Of a stretch of DNA of 64,000 bases, positions 9,335 through 17,434 are shown one piece after another; position 1 is the first letter of the stretch; each line of letters begins with the position of its first letter. Where the stretch lies: positions 15,621-79,620 of the forward strand of contig JBILLJ010000019.1 in NCBI GenBank assembly GCA_044376125.1, read 5' to 3'. The notes beneath the pieces are model-generated. The model saw nothing but the letters and a program-made list of their open reading frames with translations, had not been told where the DNA came from and made no database searches. Position numbers and translations under genes: made by a program. The DNA comes from Sandaracinaceae bacterium. GTDB lineage: Bacteria; Myxococcota_A; Polyangia; Polyangiales; Sandaracinaceae.

Positions 9335-10279
9335 CTACCTCACTTCCATCACTTCCATCGGCACGGGGATGCGGGGCGGAAAGGTCCCTGCGGGGAACGG
9401 ACAGAGCGCGCCGGTCTCGCGGTAGCGCGCCGAGGCGAGCTCGTAGGCCTCCATGACGCGATCGTAGGCGTCGCGGAACGCCTGCACCTCGTCGTCGGTC
9501 CCGTGCGCCCACGGCTGCGGGGACTTCTCCTCGTCGGGCGTGCGACGCGCGAGGCGGTTCGGGTCCTCCGTCGTGTGCTTGGACGGTTCGGGCAAGCGCT
9601 TCGCGCCGCGCGCGCGTCGCTCGAGCGCGACGTCGCGCTCCACGTCCTTCATGCGCTGCGCGAGCGCTTGGCGCTGCGCGCGCAGCTCGCGCTCGGACAT
9701 CTCAGCCCGATGCGGCAGCACGCTCAGCGGCACCGACGCGGTCCGCGTGAACTCGCCGCGCTCCTCACGACGCGCGCCGGCCTCGCGCCAGCTCGCCTCG
9801 TCGAACCAGTGCGCCTCGACCGAGCTGCGGCCCTCGACGATCGCCCCGTACGAGCACAGCCCCGGCCACTCGATCGCTCGCTCCACCAACCCGTGATGCA
9901 CCGACTGCTGGTGCACGTACTGCTCGATGCCCACCGCCGCCTCCACCGACAGGATCGCCTCGTCGCGGTAGCGCCCCTTGAAGAACGCGCCGTCGCGCTC
10001 GCGGTGGACGTTGAGCGTGCGAGCGATGCGGCTCTTGAGGAGCTGCATGAAGAGATCGAGCCGACAGCCGCGCACGCCGAGCAAGAGGTGCGCGTGCGTG
10101 GATAGGAAGCAGAACGCGTGGATGCGCACGCCGTACTTGGTCGCGGCCTCCTCGAGCGCGCAGGCGATCACGAACGAGGTGTACGCGTCGGGCCGCATGA
10201 GGAACGCGTCACCGACACACTTGAACGAGACGTGGATGAGGTCTTGCCCCGGAGGCAGATAGCGACGACGACGGGCCAT
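9335..10279 (-). CDS. HUH/Y1 transposase-fold protein (IS200/IS605 TnpA-like, COG1943 / REP-associated tyrosine transposase-like) with a long C-terminal extension
   Basis: Start trimmed to MARRRRYL (cat 10277-10279). HUH motif STHAHLLL. Tyr motif EQYVHQQSVHHGLVERAIEWPGLCSY, analogous to the canonical YIHxNPVxAGLV..WPWSS. Colinear paralog at 25155-26081. Confidence 0.8.
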   Translation of the reverse strand: MARRRRYLPPGQDLIHVSFKCVGDAFLMRPDAYTSFVIACALEEAATKYGVRIHAFCFLSTHAHLLLGVRGCRLDLFMQLLKSRIARTLNVHRERDGAFFKGRYRDEAILSVEAAVGIEQYVHQQSVHHGLVERAIEWPGLCSYGAIVEGRSSVEAHWFDEASWREAGARREERGEFTRTASVPLSVLPHRAEMSERELRAQRQALAQRMKDVERDVALERRARGAKRLPEPSKHTTEDPNRLARRTPDEEKSPQPWAHGTDDEVQAFRDAYDRVMEAYELASARYRETGALCPFPAGTFPPRIPVPMEVMEVR

Positions 10280-10402
10280 GGTGGACGCGTTGTCGGGCGG
10301 GCTGCCCGCGCGTTGCGTCCTCGCCACGAAAAAGAACGGGGTCAGAGCACGCCCTGGCGGCGACCGCGCGTTTCGGGCGAGGCTCGCGCTCGGAGAGCAC
10401 GG

Positions 10403-10882
10403 ATGAAGATCCTCCTGATGCGTCACGGCGACGCCGTCCGTCACGACGGCCTCGACGAAGCCCGCCACCTCAGCCGGACCGGTCGGCACGACGTCCTCGC
10501 CGTCGCCCGCGCCCTCGTACCCAAGCTCCATGGGCTCCGCATCGCGCACGTGTTGTCGAGCCACCTCGTTCGGGCCGTGCAGACCGCGGAGATCGTGTGC
10601 CACGAGCTCACCCGCGCCGGCGTCGAGGTCGACCCCATGGTCCACGCTGACCCGCGCTTCGAGCCCGATGGCTCCCCGCGCCATGCCGCACAGCGCCTCG
10701 AGCAGCTCGCGACCGAGCACGCCCCGGCGGCCATCCTCTGCGTGTGCCACGAGCCCATCGTGCGAGGGCTCGCGACACACCTCGCCCCCCGTTCTGGCGG
10801 TGCGCCCTTCGCGACCAGCGCCATCTCCCTCGTCGACGGCGGCCTCGTCGCCTGGACGCTCGACCCCCGAACGCTGCTCTGA
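10403..10882 (+). CDS. sixA: phosphohistidine phosphatase SixA (histidine phosphatase superfamily)
   Basis: MKILLMRHGDA catalytic RHG motif. About 159 aa. Colinear with E. coli SixA blocks (VLSSHLVRAVQTAE, CVCHEP, FATSAI). Confidence 0.8.
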   Translation: MKILLMRHGDAVRHDGLDEARHLSRTGRHDVLAVARALVPKLHGLRIAHVLSSHLVRAVQTAEIVCHELTRAGVEVDPMVHADPRFEPDGSPRHAAQRLEQLATEHAPAAILCVCHEPIVRGLATHLAPRSGGAPFATSAISLVDGGLVAWTLDPRTLL

Positions 10883-10886
10883 CCCC

Positions 10887-12977
10887 ATGCAGAACCCCGA
10901 CGTTCGAGCGCTTCTCGCGCGCGGCGACCACGTGGAGGCCGCGCGCTTGCTGCGCGAAGCCGGCGCCCTCCGCGAGGCGGCCGACGTCCTCGCCCAGATC
11001 TGGCGGCACGCCGAGGCCGTCGAGCTCGCCCTCGCCTCCGAACGACCGGAAGACGCCTACAAGCACGCGGTCGCCTCCAACGACGTGCGCCTCGTCGAGC
11101 GCACCATCGACAGCCTCGCGAGCAAGCCCGACGCGGCACGTCGCGCCGCCGACCTCGCCGAGGTCCGCGGTCGCATCGCCGACGCCGCGTCGCTGCGTCG
11201 CGCCGCCGGCGAGCTCCCGGAAGCCGCCGCGCTCTACGAGAAGGCCGGCGAGCTCGGCCTGGCCGCGCGCATCTACGAGCGCACGAACGATCTCCGCCGG
11301 GCCGGCATGCTCTACGAGCGCCGCCTCGCCGAGGCCCCCGACGACGCCGCGAGCGCCCTCGCGCTCGGCCGCATCCTCCTCGGCTTCGGCCGAGGGGAGC
11401 ACGCCGTCCGCGCGCTCCAGCGCGCCGTCAAGAACCCCGACGTCGAGCGCGACGCGCTGCCGTGGCTCCTGCGCGCGCTCGTCTCCCTCGGTCTGTTCGA
11501 CGCCGCCAGCGAGGTCCTCGATCGCCTCCGCGTCCACGCACCCGAGCTCCCGATCGATCCGCGCGCCGCCGCGAGTGAGCTCGCCGCCGAGGAGGCCGCG
11601 CCCCGCACGGAGACGAGCGAGCTCCTGCTCGGTCGCTACCGCGTGCTCCGCGCCCTCGGCGCCGGTGGCTCCGGTCGCGTCCTCGCGGCGGAGGATGTCT
11701 TCGCCGCACGCGAGGTCGCGGTGAAGGTGCTCAGCACCGCCGGCGGCGTCCAGGGACGCGACGCGCTCAACCGCTTCGCACGTGAAGCCCAGATCGCCGC
11801 CGCCATCGAGCACCCGAACGTGGTGCGCGTCTTCGAGTACGTGCCCGACGGCCCTCTGCTCGTCATGGAGCTCATGCCTGCGGGCACCCTCGAGGATCGA
11901 CTCTCCAAGGCCGACGAGGCCGTCGCCCTCTCACCGCTCGTCGCACAGCACGTGGCGCGCTCGATCCTCCGCGCGCTCGAGACCGTGCACCGCCGCGGCG
12001 TGATCCACCGCGACCTCAAGCCCGCGAACGTCTTCTTCGGTGCCGCGGGCGAAGTGAAGGTCGGCGACTTCGGCGTCGCCCACCTCGTCGACGCACAAGC
12101 CACGCTCACCGGCGCGATGATGGGCACCCTCGCCTTCATGGCGCCCGAGCAGATCACGGGCGATGGCCAGCCCGACGCGACCACGGATCTCTACGCGCTC
12201 GGCGTGATCCTCTACCGAATGCTCGTCGGCGCGCTGCCCTTTCCGGGGCCGGACTTCGTCGCGCAGCACCTCGGCGAGCCCGTGCCCTCGGCGAGCACGC
12301 ATGCGCCGTGGCTCGAGCCCGCGTTCGATCGCGCCCTCGAGCAGCTCCTGGCCAAGGAGAAGGAGGCGCGTCCTCGGTCCGCCACCGACGCGCTCTACCT
12401 CCTCGACTCGCTGCCCTTCGCCGCCGCCGAAGAGGCCTACCTCCGCGCGCTCGAGCGCGGCGCCCTCGAGGCTCGTCCCTCGACGCCACCCACGAGCCGC
12501 ACGTCGCGCACGAGCACGCGCCCACCGGGCGCCGCCGACGCGTCTCGCTACGTTCCACGCGAGGTCGTGATGCGCGCGGGCCTCGAGGCCCGTCTCTCTG
12601 ACGACACACTCCTGGGCCGACGCGTGCTGATCGTGCCGGCGGACGCAGCCTCGCTCGCGCACCACACCGCCCTCGCGAAGGCTGTGTCGCCGTTCCTGCA
12701 AGGGGTGCTCGCCATCGATCGCGAGGTCGGCGAGATCGTCCTCGAGGCACCGACCGGCGACACGCCGCGCGCAGCACCGCTCGAGCTGGCGCGCATGGCC
12801 GACGTCACCGAGGCGCTCGACGTGCTCGAGCAACACGGTCTGCACCACGGCGCGATCACGCTCGAGAGCATCGTCCTCGGCGAGGCACGCACGGTCTTGC
12901 TCCTTCCGCCCGCACGCGGCGAGGGTTCGATCGACGACGATCGACGCGCCGTCGCGCGCCTGTTCGGCGGCCGCTGA
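10887..12977 (+). CDS. Ser/Thr protein kinase with N-terminal TPR-like helical repeats and a C-terminal extension
   Basis: ATG at 10887, 5 nt after the sixA stop. Repeated A/L/R-rich helical pairs, then GAGGSGRVL, VAVKVL, HRDLKPANVFF, DFG, MAPEQ. Confidence 0.9.
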   Translation: MQNPDVRALLARGDHVEAARLLREAGALREAADVLAQIWRHAEAVELALASERPEDAYKHAVASNDVRLVERTIDSLASKPDAARRAADLAEVRGRIADAASLRRAAGELPEAAALYEKAGELGLAARIYERTNDLRRAGMLYERRLAEAPDDAASALALGRILLGFGRGEHAVRALQRAVKNPDVERDALPWLLRALVSLGLFDAASEVLDRLRVHAPELPIDPRAAASELAAEEAAPRTETSELLLGRYRVLRALGAGGSGRVLAAEDVFAAREVAVKVLSTAGGVQGRDALNRFAREAQIAAAIEHPNVVRVFEYVPDGPLLVMELMPAGTLEDRLSKADEAVALSPLVAQHVARSILRALETVHRRGVIHRDLKPANVFFGAAGEVKVGDFGVAHLVDAQATLTGAMMGTLAFMAPEQITGDGQPDATTDLYALGVILYRMLVGALPFPGPDFVAQHLGEPVPSASTHAPWLEPAFDRALEQLLAKEKEARPRSATDALYLLDSLPFAAAEEAYLRALERGALEARPSTPPTSRTSRTSTRPPGAADASRYVPREVVMRAGLEARLSDDTLLGRRVLIVPADAASLAHHTALAKAVSPFLQGVLAIDREVGEIVLEAPTGDTPRAAPLELARMADVTEALDVLEQHGLHHGAITLESIVLGEARTVLLLPPARGEGSIDDDRRAVARLFGGR

Positions 12978-13064
12978 GCGACTGCGCCACGATCACCCGA
13001 TCTCCGCCGGGGCCCGAAACAGAATCGCCTCGACGCGGATGATCCACCGTCTCGGCGATTCCGT

Positions 13065-13880
13065 TCAGGGGCGCGTGTCGGGGCAGGGCCCGTACATCGG
13101 CAGCTCGTAGAAGGCGCTGCCGGCGATCGACGGGGCGATGTGCGCGTGCCCCAGCTCCACGGTCGTCGCGTCGAACGTGATCGTCACCATCGCGCCGCCT
13201 GCGCCCGCGCGAAGGCCGCGCAGCGCGCCCCCACGCGGCCAGCAGTCGCCCACGTCGAAGGCGATCGTGTCGTTGTCGATCGACAGCTCGCGCAGACCCG
13301 CCGTCGCGCTCAGTGCCTCCACGTCGAGCATGCCCCGCACGCTCGACCGCGCGGACGAGAGCGTGACCTCGAGCGGCGCGCCGTCGGGGGTCGCGATGGT
13401 GTACTCGTTCGACACCAGATCCATCGACGCGCGATACGCGCCGCAGTCGTGGGTGCGAAGGACCATCGAGCCCACCGCGTCGAGGCCGTTGATGCGCGCG
13501 CGGGGCAGCTCGAACGAGAAGACGAGCTCTTCTCCCTCGCGGCTCACGGCGATCTCGGTCGCGAGGCTCGCGATGGTGTCGAAGCCGAAGTCGCAGCTCG
13601 CGCCCGTCGTCACGTCCACGCCGCTGCCACGCTGGAGCACCTCCGCGCAGCTGCCGAGGTTGCCTTCGATCGTCGCCGCGATCGCCAGCGCGTTCGCTTC
13701 CGGGCTCGCGCTGCAGTCGACCGCGTCGGTGAGCACGCGATCGGCGAAGCGCAGGGCCTGGTACTCGATCGTCATCCCGAGCGACGCCTGCCGCGCGAGG
13801 CGCTCGTCGCCGATCGGCTCCGCACAGGAGGAAGCGAGCAGCACCGAGACGACGCAGAGGAGCACACGGGCGTGACGCAT
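13065..13880 (-). CDS. hypothetical lipoprotein
   Basis: Signal peptide with lipobox LLASSC. Balanced composition. No recognisable family. Confidence 0.75.
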   Translation of the reverse strand: MRHARVLLCVVSVLLASSCAEPIGDERLARQASLGMTIEYQALRFADRVLTDAVDCSASPEANALAIAATIEGNLGSCAEVLQRGSGVDVTTGASCDFGFDTIASLATEIAVSREGEELVFSFELPRARINGLDAVGSMVLRTHDCGAYRASMDLVSNEYTIATPDGAPLEVTLSSARSSVRGMLDVEALSATAGLRELSIDNDTIAFDVGDCWPRGGALRGLRAGAGGAMVTITFDATTVELGHAHIAPSIAGSAFYELPMYGPCPDTRP

Positions 13881-14004
13881 GGAGCAGCGAGGTACGCGCC
13901 GGTCTCACGCGCTCAATCACACGCGTGAGCGAGCGCGCATCGATTGCGTGCGCACGCACGCAACACGAATCGGTGATCCTCGCGTTCCGCGGTACCCTCA
14001 CGCG

Positions 14005-14717
14005 ATGCTCCGCCGCACGCTCCTTCGTCGCGCGCTGGCAACCTCCGCGCTCACGCTCGCCCCTGCGGGTCTCGCGCACGCGCTCTGCGCGTCGAGGCAG
14101 CACGTCTTCGCGCTGCACGGGGCGATCACGGCGACGCGTCCGTGCACGGCGGGCCTCGTGCTCGTGAGCCAGGACGCGCCGAGCCGCGTGGCAGCGCGGG
14201 ACGTCGCCGCCGTGCGCCTGGTGGGTCCAGGGCAGACTCCGTACTCGTTCACGATCGAGGAGCTCACCCCCGACGTGCTCGCGCTACGTCCCGCCACGAC
14301 GCTCGCCCGGGCCGCTACGAGCTCCGAGGCATCTCCAGCGACCCGATGCCGCTCGAGCTCGTCGAGGCACCCATCGCCGCGCCTCCGCCACCCGCCGTCG
14401 TCGCGATCCGCCGCAGCCGCAGCACGGCGCACGGAGGCGTGCGGGGCATCGACAGCTCGGCGCTGACGCTCGAGCTGCGCAGCGGCGCGCCGACGGGCGC
14501 GATCGCGATCGCGGAGTGGACCCAGGGAGGCGAGACCGCGAGGACGTGGGGCGTGATCGGATCCACTGCGCCGCGGCCGACCGCGATCCTCGCCTCCTCG
14601 GGGCACTGCGCCGGGCACGGTCGTTTCCCACCCGAGGGCGCTCGCCTCACGATCCGCGTGCTGGATCTCTACGCGCAGCTCTCGCCGCCCTCGCGCGTGC
14701 TGCGCGCACCGCGCTGA
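14005..14717 (+). pseudogene. secreted hypothetical protein interrupted by an apparent 1-nt frameshift near 14305-14312
   Basis: Protein-like sequence runs in frame 1 from MLRRTLLRRALATSALTLAPAGLAHA to ..LRPATTLA. It then continues in frame 0 (PGRYELRGISSDPMPLELVEAP...). Adding one base in gcccgggcc joins the two. Confidence 0.5.
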
Positions 14718-14752
14718 CGCGCCACGCGGCTCGAGCGACGGGGCGTCAGCGC
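14711..14752. terminator. 10-bp perfect inverted repeat (gcgctgacgc / gcgtcagcgc) spanning both stop codons of convergent genes; candidate bidirectional terminator
   Basis: Arms are exact reverse complements with a 22-nt loop and no U-tract. Confidence 0.35.
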
Positions 14753-15585
14753 GTGACGCGACCGATCACGATCGGCGTGACGACGTAGCCCTCGCTCGCG
14801 GTGCCGAACCAGCCATAGCTCGTGCCGCGGCCCTGCTCGTCCGTGAGGAACACGAGCGTCCCGAGGCCGAAGCCACCGTCCTCGTCGTTCGCACGCGTGT
14901 CGTCCTGGTGGGCGAGTGAGGTCGCGTCGGCGACGCGCACCGCGTAGGCGCCTCGCATGCTCGGCACCGGCAGCGGGCGATCCATGACGAAGCCGACGTG
15001 CCCCGTGTTGCGGCTCGGGAAGCCGCGCGGCCTGCGCCACGCGAAGAGATCGCCCGGGCGCGCGTCCGCCAACCGCTCGAGGCGCTGCCAGCCCCGCGCG
15101 GCACGCTCGGTCGGCGCGCTCTCGATCGCGCGCACGAAGTCACGTGCGACGGGACGGGGCCGCGTGATCCGCCGCATCGCGACGGGCGCCGCGCGGCGCA
15201 GCACCCACGCCGCCATGCCCGAACAGTCCCAGTGATAGACGCCGTCCTGCTCGCGCACGCGGGTCGCGTGCTGGTAGCTCGTCTCCCGCATCGTGCGCTG
15301 CACGTCCGCCAGCACCTCGAGCACGCGCCGACCTCCGGGCGACTCCGCTGGAGGCGCGGGGTGCGTCGGGCGCACGGCCGGCGGCAGCGGCCAGACGGGC
15401 GACGGGATGATCGGCCACGGCACACCCTCGTAGGTCCCGACCTCGAAGAGAGGGCGCCCTTGCGCACGCACGACGGCGGCGAGGCCTCCCTCGAGCGGCA
15501 GCCAGGGCGCGAGCATCGCGGCGAGCGCCGCGAGCACACCGAAGGACGCGATCACACGTGCGCGGGTCACGACCACCAGAGACAC
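14746..15585 (-). CDS. secreted NlpC/P60-like (papain-fold Cys-His) hydrolase family protein
   Basis: N-terminal hydrophobic segment. YHWDCSGMAAWVL followed by PGDLFAW...GHVGFVM matches the Cys...His arrangement of NlpC/P60/CHAP-type enzymes. Confidence 0.6.
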   Translation of the reverse strand: MSLVVVTRARVIASFGVLAALAAMLAPWLPLEGGLAAVVRAQGRPLFEVGTYEGVPWPIIPSPVWPLPPAVRPTHPAPPAESPGGRRVLEVLADVQRTMRETSYQHATRVREQDGVYHWDCSGMAAWVLRRAAPVAMRRITRPRPVARDFVRAIESAPTERAARGWQRLERLADARPGDLFAWRRPRGFPSRNTGHVGFVMDRPLPVPSMRGAYAVRVADATSLAHQDDTRANDEDGGFGLGTLVFLTDEQGRGTSYGWFGTASEGYVVTPIVIGRVTR

Positions 15586-15671
15586 GAGGATAAGGCACGG
15601 GTTCCGCGGACGCCGCCGGCGCCACGAAATCTCCTCATCGTGCCGCGATGAGAACGTGGGAGGGGTGCGCT

Positions 15672-16583
15672 TCAGGGCTTCCCGAGGCTCGCGGTCGCGG
15701 CACCGATCTGCGAGGGCACGGTCGCGAGGATGGCGTCGATGACGACGCGCACGGTCCTCGGCAGGAGGCGATCGGCCGCGAAGAGGAGGTGGAGCGTGTT
15801 CTCGCCGAGCGTCCAGTCCGGGAGAATCCGAACGAGCCCCGCGCGTGGCTCGCAGAGGATCGCCGGGACCTCGGCGATCCCCAGACCGCTGCGCGCAGCG
15901 TGGGTGATCGTCGTGTAGTCGTTGCTCGAGAGGCTCGGCCGTGTGCGGACGTGAACGGGGTCACCACCGCGAGCGGGAAAGAGGTCGAGCCCCTCGATGC
16001 GCCGACGCGGGCCGAATCCGAGGATGCGGTGCGCGACGAGATCCTCCGGCAGGACCGGCGCGCCCGCCGCAGCGACGTAGTCGCGGGACGCCACCAAGAC
16101 GTGCGGGTACGTCCCGAGACGGCGTGCGACGAGCCGGTCCTCGGCGACCGCGCCCGCGCGCACGAAGAGGTCGATGTCGTCGGCGTAGGGATCGAGCAGG
16201 CGCTCCGTCTCCACGAGCACCACGTGTACCTCGGGGTGCGCACGACGGATGTGCGCGAGGGCGCCGACGAGGAGACGGCCGAGGCTCGGCGCAGTGCTCA
16301 CGCGCACGGTGCCGGAAACGCGGGTGCCCTTCGAGGCCACGAGATCACCCGCGGCGGCGATGGCGTCGAGCCCGCGCGTGCAGCGTTCGTGAAAAGCGCG
16401 CCCGAGCTCCGTGACCCGCAGCGAGCGAGTGGTGCGCTCGAGGAGCCGAACGCCCAGCTCGGTCTCGAGCTCCGTGAGCCGGCGGCTGATGGTCGCGGAG
16501 GAGACGCCGAGGCGGTCCGCGGCCTTCTGGAGGGTGCCGAGGTTGACCACCGTCACGAAGGCTTCGGCCCCGAGCAGGTTCAC
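15672..16583 (-). CDS. LysR-family transcriptional regulator
   Basis: wHTH FVTVVNLGTLQKAADRLGVSSATISRRLTELETELGVRLLERTTR plus a LysR substrate-binding domain. GTG start at 16583 is inferred. Confidence 0.85.
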   Translation of the reverse strand: MNLLGAEAFVTVVNLGTLQKAADRLGVSSATISRRLTELETELGVRLLERTTRSLRVTELGRAFHERCTRGLDAIAAAGDLVASKGTRVSGTVRVSTAPSLGRLLVGALAHIRRAHPEVHVVLVETERLLDPYADDIDLFVRAGAVAEDRLVARRLGTYPHVLVASRDYVAAAGAPVLPEDLVAHRILGFGPRRRIEGLDLFPARGGDPVHVRTRPSLSSNDYTTITHAARSGLGIAEVPAILCEPRAGLVRILPDWTLGENTLHLLFAADRLLPRTVRVVIDAILATVPSQIGAATASLGKP

Positions 16584-16591
16584 TTCTCGAT

Positions 16592-16609
16592 TCTTGCACG
16601 GGTGCAAGA
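16592..16609. promoter_or_regulatory. perfect 8-2-8 palindrome tcttgcac-gg-gtgcaaga in the LysR/divergent-gene intergenic region (candidate operator)
   Basis: Arms are exact reverse complements. Sits 9 nt upstream of the inferred LysR start, in a 120-bp divergent intergenic region. Confidence 0.5.
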
Positions 16610-16705
16610 GTCGAATCCACGCAGCGCGATGGTCCCTCTCGCAACGACCGCGCACCCTGCTCGCAGGCGACGACACCTCGTCTCGTCATCCGATCGGGAG
16701 CAGTG

Positions 16706-17095
16706 ATGAACGACAACTCTGGCATCGAGCACGTGGTCTTCTCCTACTTCGGCGCCTTCGGCCGCGGCGACGTCGAGGCCATCCTCATGCACTACGCCGA
16801 CGACGCGGTCTTCATGCCCGCGAACCTCCCGACGGTGGTGGGCAAGGATCGGCTGCGCGTCGCGTACGAGCGGACGCTCGAGCGTGTGCGGATCCTGCCC
16901 GGCGGCCAGTCGATCGCCGAGGACGTGATCACCCTCGGCGAGCTCGCCTGGGTCCGTACCGACAGCCGCGCCACCGCGGCCGATCCGCACACCGGGACGC
17001 AGACCGAAGGTCATTTCCGAGAGGTCTTCCTCCTGCGCCGGGTCTCCGGCGAGTGGAAGATCTGGCGCTACATGTTCAACACCCTGGTGGAGTAG
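16706..17095 (+). CDS. SnoaL-like / NTF2-fold (DUF4440-type) protein
   Basis: About 130 aa. VVFSYFGAFGRGDVEAILMHYADDAVFMP and C-terminal EWKIWRYMFN are typical of the NTF2-like fold. Confidence 0.75.
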   Translation: MNDNSGIEHVVFSYFGAFGRGDVEAILMHYADDAVFMPANLPTVVGKDRLRVAYERTLERVRILPGGQSIAEDVITLGELAWVRTDSRATAADPHTGTQTEGHFREVFLLRRVSGEWKIWRYMFNTLVE

Positions 17096-17106
17096 TGGGC
17101 AGAACG

Positions 17107-17143
17107 TCAGAGCATGAGTCAGTCCAAGTGACGCACGCTCTGA
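17107..17143. repeat. REP-like palindrome, second copy (tcagagcatgagtca-gtccaag-tgacgcacgctctga), opposite orientation to 3181-3217
   Basis: 13/15 stem pairs. Right arm identical to the 3203-3217 arm. Lies between convergent genes. Confidence 0.8.
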
Positions 17144-17167
17144 GACGCTCGGGGCGACGACGTCTCC

Positions 17168-17434
17168 TCACCGACTCGCCAGACGCGCCTCGAGCCGCGC
17201 CAGGACCGCCTCGGGCGGCTCGGCTGCGCTCGCGCGGATCGCCCGCACCGCCCGACCGAACTCGCCGCCGAAGCGCTCGCAGTGCGAGCAGCCCCGCACG
17301 TGCGCCTCGACCTTGTCGCGCGTGGTCCGATCGAGACCACCGGCGAGGTACTCCGTGAGGCCGGCGAGCACCTGACCACAGCGTAGCCCGGCGACCTCGC
17401 GCTCCCCCGGCAACGTCTTCGGATCGGAGCTCAT
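17168..17434 (-). CDS. zinc-binding anti-sigma factor (ZAS, zf-HC2) domain protein
   Basis: HVRGCSHC = HxxxCxxC motif. Start overlaps the sigma stop (ATGA). 88 aa with no TM segment. Confidence 0.75.
   Translation of the reverse strand: MSSDPKTLPGEREVAGLRCGQVLAGLTEYLAGGLDRTTRDKVEAHVRGCSHCERFGGEFGRAVRAIRASAAEPPEAVLARLEARLASR

Noticed and set aside
9091-10360. The 9-mer CCGCCAGGG and its complement as a specific inverted repeat around RAYT-like gene 1
   Set aside because: By a rough composition estimate, a GC-rich 9-mer like this should occur several times by chance in 64 kb on both strands. I mention it only as support for the much rarer 12-mer.
13022-13061. Hairpin gaatcgcc/ggcgattc resembling the 3265-3295 hairpin (gaatcggcg/cgccgattc), as a possible second repeat family
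   Set aside because: The shared core is only about 8 nt, the loops are different, and there are just two instances. This is insufficient to call a family.
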